Part shown: piece by piece, positions 1 to 7,155 of the stretch
Numbering within the stretch: position 1 is the stretch's first letter
Layout: each line of letters opens with the position of its first letter
NCBI GenBank assembly: GCA_038128265.1
Contig: JAYPJE010000006.1
Coordinates: forward strand, 60,422-75,274
Direction: 5' to 3'
DNA: 14,853 bases
Origin: Gemmatimonadota bacterium
Lineage (GTDB): Bacteria; Latescibacterota; UBA2968; UBA8231
The notes under the pieces: model-generated
Databases searched by the model: none
The model's input: the letters and a program-made list of their open reading frames with translations, nothing else
What the model was told of the DNA's origin: nothing
Translations under genes and position numbers: made by a program

Positions 1-1158
1 GAGAATGTCTAACTGCGCTCCCAGCGGCAGGCGATAGCTGATAAAGTCCGTCATCATCAGGTGATTCATCGCCTTCTGTGCAGCCTCCATGCGACGGCGC
101 TCAAACGCCTCCTCGCCCCCGCTTTCGTCTTTTTCCTCTCCCTCTTTGTCCGCCCCCTCTTCTTCGGGCTGTTCCTCTCCCTTTGCCAACTTCTCGACAT
201 AGGCCTGCTGCACGGGCAAACCATAGAGCACGGCGCGCACGCGCTCTGCCACCGCAACAATATTGGCATCGGCTTCTTTGTATATTTCGATCTCAACGCT
301 TTCGCCGCCGTTGACCCGAGTTATGATCTCGCGGTCTTTGTGCGAGCGATAAACGCGGGCAATATCGCGTAAATAGACGTCGGCGTCGGCCTGGCGCGCC
401 ACGACCAGCTCGCCAATCTCTTCTACCGAACGAAATTCGTTGAGAGTCCGCACCAAGTATTCAACCTGGCCTTCGCGCAGATTGCCGCCGGGCAGGTTGA
501 CATTGTTCTGCGCAAGGCGACTGTTGATCTGGGCAATGTCTAACCCCATGATGGCGATTTGGCGCTCGTTGAGTTCGACGTGGATTTCTTCCTCAAGTCC
601 GCCCTTGATCTTAACGGCTGCCACCCCCGTCAGCGCTTCTAACTCGCGCTTTATCTCGTGCTCGGCTACATGGCGCAGCACGTAGAGGTCCTGCGGACCG
701 TGCAGTCCCACGCGCAGTATGGGATCGAGAGAGGGATCGTAGCGCAGCAGGAGCGGCTTCTCCGCTCCTTGGGGCAAGAACACGCGATCGACTTTCTCGC
801 GCACGTCCTGAGAGATCACGTTCATATCGGTATCCCACTCAAACTCGAGTATGATATCCGACTGACCGGCTTTGGAAATGGAGCTCATATTGACCAAGTG
901 CGGCACAATACCCACTTCCTGCTCCAGCGGGCGCGAGAGCAGCATCTCCACTTCTTCCGGCGCCGTGCCCGGATACTCCGTGCGCACGGTCAGCGTCGGA
1001 TAGGAGATATCCGGCATTAAGTTGAGCGAAAGGCGCTGGTAGGAAACCCAACCAAAAACGCAAACGGCCATGACCACCATGAGAATGGCCACGGGCCGGC
1101 GCGTCGTTATGGCAAATCTAGATTGGGGCGATTGGCTGGAATCGACCGATGGTTCCAT
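1..1158 (-). CDS. RND efflux transporter permease subunit (AcrB/MdtB-like), 5' part; runs off the left edge
   Basis: Missing from the ORF track because it has no stop in the window. I translated both ends by hand in the same frame. The ATG at 1158 gives MEPSVDSSQSPQSRFAITTRRPVAILMVVMAVCVFGWVSYQRLSLNLMPDISYPTLTVRTEYPGTAPEEVE, a typical RND TM1/PN1 start. The left part reads ...RVNGGESVEIEIYKEADANIVAVAERVR...LPLGAQLDIL. It lies 9 nt downstream of an adaptor gene. Confidence 0.95.
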   Translation of the reverse strand, partial: MEPSVDSSQSPQSRFAITTRRPVAILMVVMAVCVFGWVSYQRLSLNLMPDISYPTLTVRTEYPGTAPEEVEMLLSRPLEQEVGIVPHLVNMSSISKAGQSDIILEFEWDTDMNVISQDVREKVDRVFLPQGAEKPLLLRYDPSLDPILRVGLHGPQDLYVLRHVAEHEIKRELEALTGVAAVKIKGGLEEEIHVELNERQIAIMGLDIAQINSRLAQNNVNLPGGNLREGQVEYLVRTLNEFRSVEEIGELVVARQADADVYLRDIARVYRSHKDREIITRVNGGESVEIEIYKEADANIVAVAERVRAVLYGLPVQQAYVEKLAKGEEQPEEEGADKEGEEKDESGGEEAFERRRMEAAQKAMNHLMMTDFISYRLPLGAQLDIL

Positions 1159-1167
1159 TGTGCGCGC

Positions 1168-2376
1168 CTAGTCCCGACGAATATCAGCGCTGTCGGAGCG
1201 CGCCGCTGTGGGCAGGTTGGCATCTGTTTCATCGGTTTCAACAACGCGCACGCGCGCTCCATCTTTCAGCCCGTTCTGGCCGACGGTAATAATGCGTTCA
1301 CCGGCCTCTATTCCGGACAGCGCTTCTACGCTAGCTATGTTTTCGTAGCCGGGCTCTAAGAGAATGCGCTGGGCAACGGTATCGCGCACGGCAAATAGGT
1401 ACTGCTCGCCGCCGTCGTAGACAATGGCTTCCTTGGGCACGAGTACCGCCTGCTCGTGCGTGTCCGTAACGATGCGCACGCTGACGAAGATGCCCGGTCG
1501 CAGCGCCTCGAAGCGGTCGCGCACGCCCACCGTGACTTTAAAAGTGCCGCTCCTCGGGTCGACGACCGGACTGATGCGCTTAACCCACCCACTGAATTCT
1601 TGGTCGGGCAAGAAGTCAGAGTTTATAGCAGCTACTTGATTTCTCCTCACGCTCATCAGGTACTGGCCGGGCACGAATACGCGAGCTATCATGTCGTCCA
1701 GCTTTATCAGGTCGTAGAGCTGCGTGCCCGAACTGACGCGCGCACCAACCTGCACGTGGCGCTCTGTGATTACGCCAGAAAAAGGCGCGACGACGATGGA
1801 ATGCTCTAGCTCGAGGCGCGCGCGGTCGTAGCGCAACCGCGCCTGCTCCAATTCAAAGCGCTTTGTCTCATAGTCTTGGTCGCTGAGCAGCTTGCGCTCA
1901 AACATCGCTTCGTTGCGGCGAAAATTGCCCTCTTGAAATTCGAAGTTGACCTTTGCTTCTTGGAAGGCGATGCGCAGCTGATCGTCTTCGATGTAGAGCA
2001 GCGTATCACCGGCCTGCACTCGATCGCCCTCCTCGGCAGCCACGCGCTCGACCAGTCCACTGATCTGCGGGAAGACCTGTACCGCCTCTTCCGTCTCGAT
2101 TGTAGAATTGAATAGCAAGTACGACGATATCGACCCCAGACGCGCGCGCGCGACCTCCACGGGAATGGCATCCATACCCTTTTCCGCAGACGCACTGTCG
2201 ACCGCCGCGCTATCGGCCGCAGAACCCTCTGCTACACCGTCGCCTTTCTCCCCATCAACGGGCTCTTCGCTCTGGCAGGACCACAGTGCCAACACTGCAA
2301 AAATCAGTGCAACGCGCAGCCAACCAGTCGAGCACATACATCCCATCGCATACCCTATTCGCTTTACACTAATCAT
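1168..2376 (-). CDS. RND efflux periplasmic adaptor (membrane fusion protein), probable lipoprotein
   Basis: Hydrophobic signal with a lipobox-like LALWSC. Lipoyl/barrel-sandwich motifs (PQISGLVERVAAEEGDRVQAGDTL; APFSGVITERHVQVG), an alpha-hairpin, ISPVVDPRSGTFKV, LRPGIFV and VLVPKEAI. The exact start is uncertain (alternative Met codons lie just downstream). Confidence 0.93.
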   Translation of the reverse strand: MISVKRIGYAMGCMCSTGWLRVALIFAVLALWSCQSEEPVDGEKGDGVAEGSAADSAAVDSASAEKGMDAIPVEVARARLGSISSYLLFNSTIETEEAVQVFPQISGLVERVAAEEGDRVQAGDTLLYIEDDQLRIAFQEAKVNFEFQEGNFRRNEAMFERKLLSDQDYETKRFELEQARLRYDRARLELEHSIVVAPFSGVITERHVQVGARVSSGTQLYDLIKLDDMIARVFVPGQYLMSVRRNQVAAINSDFLPDQEFSGWVKRISPVVDPRSGTFKVTVGVRDRFEALRPGIFVSVRIVTDTHEQAVLVPKEAIVYDGGEQYLFAVRDTVAQRILLEPGYENIASVEALSGIEAGERIITVGQNGLKDGARVRVVETDETDANLPTAARSDSADIRRD

Positions 2377-2390
2377 GCGCTTTCCATATT

Positions 2391-2399
2391 ATTGTACCA
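2391..2399 (-). promoter_or_regulatory. Putative extended -10 promoter (TGGTACAAT) for the RND operon
   Basis: The minus strand reads TGgTACAAT (TGn-TAnAAT) about 15 nt upstream of the ATG at 2376, followed by a purine-rich GGAAAG. Confidence 0.4.
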
Positions 2400-2458
2400 C
2401 GTCCAGGCGATTGATTATCACATAGACGAAAAGAGTCCTACTCACTGCGCACTGTCAA

Positions 2459-3367
2459 GTGGAACCACTGCTCTACATACTAACGGCCAACGTGGCGTTC
2501 GCGGCCTTTGGGAGCCGTTTTATACGGCGCGCTCCCATAATGGCCAGCCTGCGCAGCAGCGTAGAGAAACGCTCGGCTCTTCTGCATCAGCTTATCAGCT
2601 GCCCGCACTGCCTGTGCTTCTGGTTTGCCCTCGTCGGCAGTGCGTTGCTCAGCCACACGCTGCTACAGGCCGGCTGTGCGCTCCTACTCGGCTGGCGCGG
2701 TGGCTATTATTTAAATCGACTGCTCGACAACGTATCCAGCGACCAGACGATTCCCAAAGCACAGCGGCAATGCCACGTCTGTGCCCAGCCCTATAAACGC
2801 GACTTTCTCGAGCGACAAGGGCGCTATTTTTGTTCATATAACTGCTGGTTCGACCACCTCAAAGACCAACGGCGCAGCGAGCGCCCTGTATTTGACCCAA
2901 ATGGCATGTTTATCCGACAGGAGGTATACCCGATGAGCGTACAAGTCATTAACCCTACCCAAGCCAAGGACCTATTGGACAGCGACGACGGCTACGTCTA
3001 TATCGACGTGCGTTCCATGCCCGAGTACGAAGACGCGCATCCAGCTGGCTCCCTAAATATACCCATCATGCACAAAGAAGCGATGGGAATGGTCCCCAAC
3101 AACGACTTTGTGCGCACGGTCGAAAAACACTTTGCCCACGATGCTAAACTGCTGCTTGGATGCCAGATGGGCGGCCGTTCACAGCGGGCGGCCGAAGCGC
3201 TGGTAGCCGCTGGTTTTACCGACGTGTCCAACGTAATGGGTGGCTTCGGCGGCGCGCGCGATCAGAGTGGACAGGTAGTGGAAAAGGGATGGGCCGAACT
3301 GGGCCTGCCCGTAGAGACGGGCGCCGGCGAGGGCACCGACTACCCGTCACTGTCCAAAGGACTATAA
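2459..3367 (+). CDS. Multidomain protein: N-terminal membrane CPHC domain (DUF1360-like) + TRASH/MYM-like zinc finger + rhodanese (sulfurtransferase) domain
   Basis: Hydrophobic segments around LISCPHCLCFWFAL. A CX2C-X16-CX3C motif (CHVC...YFCSYNCW) at 2771-2845. The C-terminal rhodanese has IDVRSMPEY..AHPAGSLNIP, an active-site loop GCQMGGRS and NVMGGF. The rhodanese call is strong; the N-terminal domain names are by resemblance; the GTG start is uncertain. Confidence 0.85.
   Translation: MEPLLYILTANVAFAAFGSRFIRRAPIMASLRSSVEKRSALLHQLISCPHCLCFWFALVGSALLSHTLLQAGCALLLGWRGGYYLNRLLDNVSSDQTIPKAQRQCHVCAQPYKRDFLERQGRYFCSYNCWFDHLKDQRRSERPVFDPNGMFIRQEVYPMSVQVINPTQAKDLLDSDDGYVYIDVRSMPEYEDAHPAGSLNIPIMHKEAMGMVPNNDFVRTVEKHFAHDAKLLLGCQMGGRSQRAAEALVAAGFTDVSNVMGGFGGARDQSGQVVEKGWAELGLPVETGAGEGTDYPSLSKGL
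2919..2935 (+). promoter_or_regulatory. Internal Shine-Dalgarno (AGGAGGT) with an in-frame ATG at the start of the rhodanese domain
   Basis: AGGAGGT at 2919-2925, a 7-nt spacer, then ATG at 2933 (codon 159 of the 2459 ORF; MSVQVINPTQAK). Confidence 0.55.
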
Positions 3368-3846
3368 TGGCGGCGATTGGGTGTGCCGTAGTTGCCGTCG
3401 GCGGCGACCGCGACGAACGCGCCGTCGGCAACGCCGAGCGCATTGTCGAATTCTTGACAGCCGCCGGCCACACCTGCAGCGAGCCGCGCAAGATCCGCAG
3501 CGACTCACTGCAGATTAAAGGTGAAATGGCCATGCTCGCACAGGCCCGTTCCGTGCGCGCCATTTTCCTGACTAGCGGCGGTGGCATCGGCCTGCGCGAC
3601 ACAACCAGCGATGCGGCCGAAAAGCTTTTCGATCGCCGCTTAGACGGCTTTGGCGAGCTGCTGCGCAGCCTGCTCTTTCCCGCCATTGGGCCGCGCGCCA
3701 TGCTGGCGCGCGCGGCGGCCGGCGTCCAGCAGCGCCGCCTAGTTTTTGTCTTGCCGGCGGACGTTCAGGCCATAGAAATAGCTCTGGAAAAGCTCGTGCT
3801 ACCCCAATTATCCGACTTAGTAGCTCAACTGGGCCACGGCCAGTGA
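3367..3846 (+). CDS. MoaB/MogA-family molybdopterin-binding domain protein (divergent)
   Basis: The ATG overlaps the upstream stop (TAATG, 3365-3369). Family-like segments are FLTSGGGIGLRDTTSDA, RLDGFGELLR, GPRAMLARAAAGV and LVFVLPA...LEKLVLPQL. 159 aa. The ORF track's start at 3160 is an over-extension. Confidence 0.8.
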   Translation: MAAIGCAVVAVGGDRDERAVGNAERIVEFLTAAGHTCSEPRKIRSDSLQIKGEMAMLAQARSVRAIFLTSGGGIGLRDTTSDAAEKLFDRRLDGFGELLRSLLFPAIGPRAMLARAAAGVQQRRLVFVLPADVQAIEIALEKLVLPQLSDLVAQLGHGQ

Positions 3847-4541
3847 AAATCAATCCGCTCTTTCAGGTCGGCCTCGACGTCATGGACCGCCAGTGCCTCG
3901 TCTTGGGCGGCGGAAGCGAGGCCGAAGAAAAGTCCGGACGCCTGCTTGACGCCGGTGCGCACATTGTGTTGCTGGCCGACCAATTGACTCCGCAGCTGGG
4001 CACATGGGCCGAGGAAAAGCGCCTCTCCCATTGCGCGCGGCCCTTTACCGAGGCCGATTTGGACGGCGTATTTCTCGTCATCAATACCGTAGCCGACGAC
4101 CCAGACCTCACGCAGCGCGTGTGGGCATGTGCCTCGGCGCGCAATATACTGGTCAATTCCTACGACCAACCCGAATACTGCACCTTCGGCATGGTCGCAC
4201 TGGTCCATCCCGGCCATTTGCGCCTGAGCATTAGCACCAGCAATACCAGTCCCTCGCTGGCCAGTCGCCTGCGCCAAGATCTAACCGAGCTGTTTGACGG
4301 AGATTTCGCCACCTACTTGGACGGTTTGGCCGAAGCACGTCGGCGCGTGCGCGAACGAGTGGCCGACCGCAAGACGCGCTTCGCCCTACTGCGCGCGCTC
4401 GTCCGCGACTTTCACGTGGAGGGCTCTCTACACTACCCACCGCACTGGCAGCGCCAGGTAGACGCGCTGCTGCGCTGCGATCTAGCGCACTGCGCCGATG
4501 GCACGCATCGCTGCGCTGACTGCCCGCTCAGCGACGATTAA
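3843..4541 (+). CDS. Precorrin-2 dehydrogenase / sirohydrochlorin ferrochelatase-like protein (SirC / CysG N-terminal module) with a Cys-rich C-terminal tail
   Basis: Rossmann motif CLVLGGGSEAEEK..RLLDAGA, then DLDGVFLVI, LVNSYDQPEYCTF and LSISTSNTSPSLASRLR. The GTG start overlaps the upstream TGA (GTGA). Confidence 0.87.
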   Translation: MKINPLFQVGLDVMDRQCLVLGGGSEAEEKSGRLLDAGAHIVLLADQLTPQLGTWAEEKRLSHCARPFTEADLDGVFLVINTVADDPDLTQRVWACASARNILVNSYDQPEYCTFGMVALVHPGHLRLSISTSNTSPSLASRLRQDLTELFDGDFATYLDGLAEARRRVRERVADRKTRFALLRALVRDFHVEGSLHYPPHWQRQVDALLRCDLAHCADGTHRCADCPLSDD

Positions 4542-4593
4542 GACGGCGCGGCACGCAGCGGCGTGACTCAGCTTTTGACGGTCGCGTTTTGCG

Positions 4594-6672
4594 CTAGCGC
4601 ACGACGGCTACTCTATCTCTACGCAATAGCGCACCGTCGGCGTCGTAGATAGTGTAAACGTAGACGCCGCTGCCTACTAACGGTGCACCAAGATCGCTGC
4701 TGGCACTGCCATTGACACCAAGCCAGAGCACTTCGTTGGCACGCGCACCCAAACGCCGCTGACGACTGTCGTCTTCGCGCGCGCGCCATACCAGCTCGCC
4801 CGTTGGCGCATAAATCCGCACTTCCGCGTTAAACGGCACCCCGCTAAAGCGCAGCGCCGACTGCTGCAGCGGCTGGAATGGGTTGGGAAATACGACAATG
4901 TCCCGTTGGGGTATCAGGCTCACGCGCTGGAACAGCCGGTTGTCTTGCACTGTTACTTCCGACTCACCCGCCTCCACTTCGACGAGAAAGAGCTGTTCGC
5001 CAAAGCGGCTCCACTCAAAGCGCACTTCGGCGTTGCCGCCCGGCACCATTCCCCCCGCTACGCTCGCCTGGTGGACAAGCTCACAGCCGCTTGAGTCGAG
5101 CTGGCACTGAGACACGCGCAGATCAAAGTCTGCCGACAGTGGCCCGAAGCCAATATTGCTGACGCGCACGCGCAGATGATCTTCGTCATCGCCGCGCAAA
5201 TCACCGTTAAAAACGGCCAGATTGGGCAACCCTTGGCCGACGCCGTACTCGGCCAGCGTGCCCACGGCTAGCTGCGTAACGCGGCGCATAAGGCCGTAGT
5301 TGAGGCTGTCTGGCAGGTCGATCATCGAGTGATACTGCGAGTTTATTCGGTATTGGCCGCGGCGCACCCCCACCGTTGTCGTGTCGGTCGGCAGGTAGTT
5401 CTCAATGCCGAGGACCGCATCGTAGCCGCGCGCCCAGAACGGCGCGTGGTCGCTCAGGCCTGCCCCTGCGTCTTCGAGCAGGTCCACCTGCAGACCAATT
5501 CCGTAGCGCTCGTTGACCTGGCGCATGGCATCGACCAGCCACAGCGAACCGGGATTGCTCACCAACTCCAAGCGCTCGGCCAGGTCGTTAAAGCCAATCA
5601 TATCGAAGTTGAGCACGCCGAGAACGCGCTCGTCATTTAGCAGGGCCGCCTCGGCATACTCGCGGCTGCCCAACAGACCGAGTTCTTCGCCGGAGAAGGC
5701 GATGAATTTAATGGTCCAGGGAAATGTTTGGCCGGCCAGCACGCGTGCGCTCTCCAGCACGAGCGCCGTGCCGCTGGCATTGTCGTCTGCGCCCGGCGCT
5801 GGATCCCGGCGCCAATCCCAGCCGCTCGAACGCACAGCCGTTGCGTCGTAGTGCGCGCATATGATGTAGTAACCCGCCGCCGGATCGGAGCCAGGCAGCG
5901 TTGCCACCACGTTAAATGCCGTGCTATCGACCTGATCGATGCCCTCTTTGTTCTCCCGGACGCGCGAGCGCGCCGTGCTGCGACTAATGGGGAAAGCCTG
6001 CCGTTCGACGGCCGTTTCGCCCAGCGCATCGGCCAGCTGGGAGCGAATGTACTCCGTTGCTTCAAGCATATCTGGATGCAGAACAAAGCGGCTGCGAAAG
6101 TTGCCTTCTGTGCTGCCGGCCAGCGGGTCGATCAGCGACAGCGCCTCGACGTCGCGGCGCATGCGGTCGGCATCGACCTGACCCAGCAGCTGCTGCACGA
6201 TCGCGGCCGGTTCGCGCTGCGCTAGCTTGGCACCGGGCCTAGGCTGTAGCCAGGTACGCGTATTGTAGCGCATGGGCAGCGGCCAGAGAAAGTGCCCTCC
6301 CTCTATGCGCAGCCGGTCTGCGCGCTGCGGTTGCATGCGCACCAGCGCCCAGCCTCGCACGCCGCCGCGCGCATGCACCAAATGCACCCCTTCAAGCGGC
6401 AGGGCATCGAGGTGGTCGGCCACGTAATAGCGTTCATCTGGCCCGCGCACGTCGACAAAAATGGCATCGCCTTCCGCATCGGCAGCCCCACCATCTACCA
6501 GAACGATGCCGCGATCGACATAGCGCACCTGCAGACCGCTCTCCTGCAAACCGCGCAGCTGAGCGGCATTGGTCCAAGGCAAACCGACTAGCTGCTCGGC
6601 GTCGACAGCGACTAACGAGCACAGTAAAAAAAAGAGAGGGGCATAGAGCCCCCCTCTCGCACAATTGTTCAC
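4594..6672 (-). CDS. Secreted M28-family zinc metallopeptidase with a CARDB-like domain and a FlgD-Ig/T9SS-like C-terminal domain
   Basis: M28 metal-ligand motifs AHYD, GADDNASG, SGEELGLLGS, NFDMIG, SDHAPF and YHS. Signal peptide LFFLLCSLVAVDA. CARDB-like LPNLAV...VRVSNIG...QDN. C-terminal VVFPNPF...VRIY..TGELV...SGVYVY...VAVVR. The start is moved to the GTG at 6672 because the track's 6954 start overlaps the HU gene. Confidence 0.9.
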   Translation of the reverse strand: MNNCARGGLYAPLFFLLCSLVAVDAEQLVGLPWTNAAQLRGLQESGLQVRYVDRGIVLVDGGAADAEGDAIFVDVRGPDERYYVADHLDALPLEGVHLVHARGGVRGWALVRMQPQRADRLRIEGGHFLWPLPMRYNTRTWLQPRPGAKLAQREPAAIVQQLLGQVDADRMRRDVEALSLIDPLAGSTEGNFRSRFVLHPDMLEATEYIRSQLADALGETAVERQAFPISRSTARSRVRENKEGIDQVDSTAFNVVATLPGSDPAAGYYIICAHYDATAVRSSGWDWRRDPAPGADDNASGTALVLESARVLAGQTFPWTIKFIAFSGEELGLLGSREYAEAALLNDERVLGVLNFDMIGFNDLAERLELVSNPGSLWLVDAMRQVNERYGIGLQVDLLEDAGAGLSDHAPFWARGYDAVLGIENYLPTDTTTVGVRRGQYRINSQYHSMIDLPDSLNYGLMRRVTQLAVGTLAEYGVGQGLPNLAVFNGDLRGDDEDHLRVRVSNIGFGPLSADFDLRVSQCQLDSSGCELVHQASVAGGMVPGGNAEVRFEWSRFGEQLFLVEVEAGESEVTVQDNRLFQRVSLIPQRDIVVFPNPFQPLQQSALRFSGVPFNAEVRIYAPTGELVWRAREDDSRQRRLGARANEVLWLGVNGSASSDLGAPLVGSGVYVYTIYDADGALLRRDRVAVVR

Positions 6673-6688
6673 AGCGCCCAATGACCTT

Positions 6689-7051
6689 TTATTGATTGTC
6701 GGAGTTCGATTCGCCCAGCGAGGTTGACGGCGCAACAGCTGTCGGCACGGGGTCCGCTTCGCGCACCTCATGCAGGGCATCTTTGAGCAGACGACCTGGC
6801 TTAAAATGGGTCTTGCGACGCGCCGGAACGTAGATGATCTCGCCCGTGCGCGGATTGCGAGCAGCGGGTTTGGGCCGCGTATCTTTGACCTGAAAAACGC
6901 CAAAGCCGCGAATCTCGATGCGATTGCCCTCAATAAGGCTATCGCGCATGGCATTGAATAGGCTGTCGACCATTTCGGCTGCTACGTTTTTCTTGCAGCC
7001 CGCGCTTTCGCTCACGAGGAGCGCTAGCTCCTTTTTTGTCACTGTAGACAA
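6689..7051 (-). CDS. HU/IHF-family DNA-binding protein (IHF-beta-like)
   Basis: TKKELA...DSLIEGNRIEIRGFGVFQVK...ARNPRTGEIIYVPARRKTHFKPGRLLK. The TTG start at 7051 has AGGAG (7063-7059) 7 nt upstream. GTG at 7042 is an alternative start. Confidence 0.95.
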   Translation of the reverse strand: MSTVTKKELALLVSESAGCKKNVAAEMVDSLFNAMRDSLIEGNRIEIRGFGVFQVKDTRPKPAARNPRTGEIIYVPARRKTHFKPGRLLKDALHEVREADPVPTAVAPSTSLGESNSDNQ

Positions 7052-7155
7052 GACGTATCTCCTGACTGGTAGACCGCCGCAAGGCACCTGGAGAAAGAGG
7101 CCTTTTGGGGAGAGTTAAACCATTCCTTACTTATTGGGAATAATGATGTTATGGG

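Noticed and set aside
61..1020. Plus-strand ORFs 61-372, 440-685 and 658-1020, and the short minus-strand ORFs in this region
   Set aside because: They are antisense or off-frame shadows of the RND permease, which occupies 1-1158 on the minus strand.
1156..1170. Adaptor and permease are in the same frame, separated by TAG plus 3 codons (possible readthrough fusion)
   Set aside because: A shared frame has a one-in-three chance. A periplasmic adaptor C-terminus fused to a cytoplasmic permease N-terminus is topologically implausible, and I see no recoding signal.
2430..2458. Minus-strand TTGACA (2458-2453) as a complete sigma70 promoter
   Set aside because: There is no acceptable -10 hexamer at 16-18 nt spacing (CTCTTT at 17 nt).
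3160..3366. N-terminal extension of the MoaB-like ORF in the track
   Set aside because: It overlaps the rhodanese domain in another frame and reads as Arg/Gly-rich shadow sequence. The TAATG overlap gives a better start at 3367.
4542..4593. Terminator between the convergent sirC-like and M28 genes
   Set aside because: There is only a 5-bp stem (CACGC/GCGTG) without an adjacent U tract, which is too weak to call.
6673..6954. 94-codon N-terminal extension of the M28 peptidase ORF
   Set aside because: It overlaps the clear HU/IHF gene on the same strand, and the signal peptide begins only after 6672.
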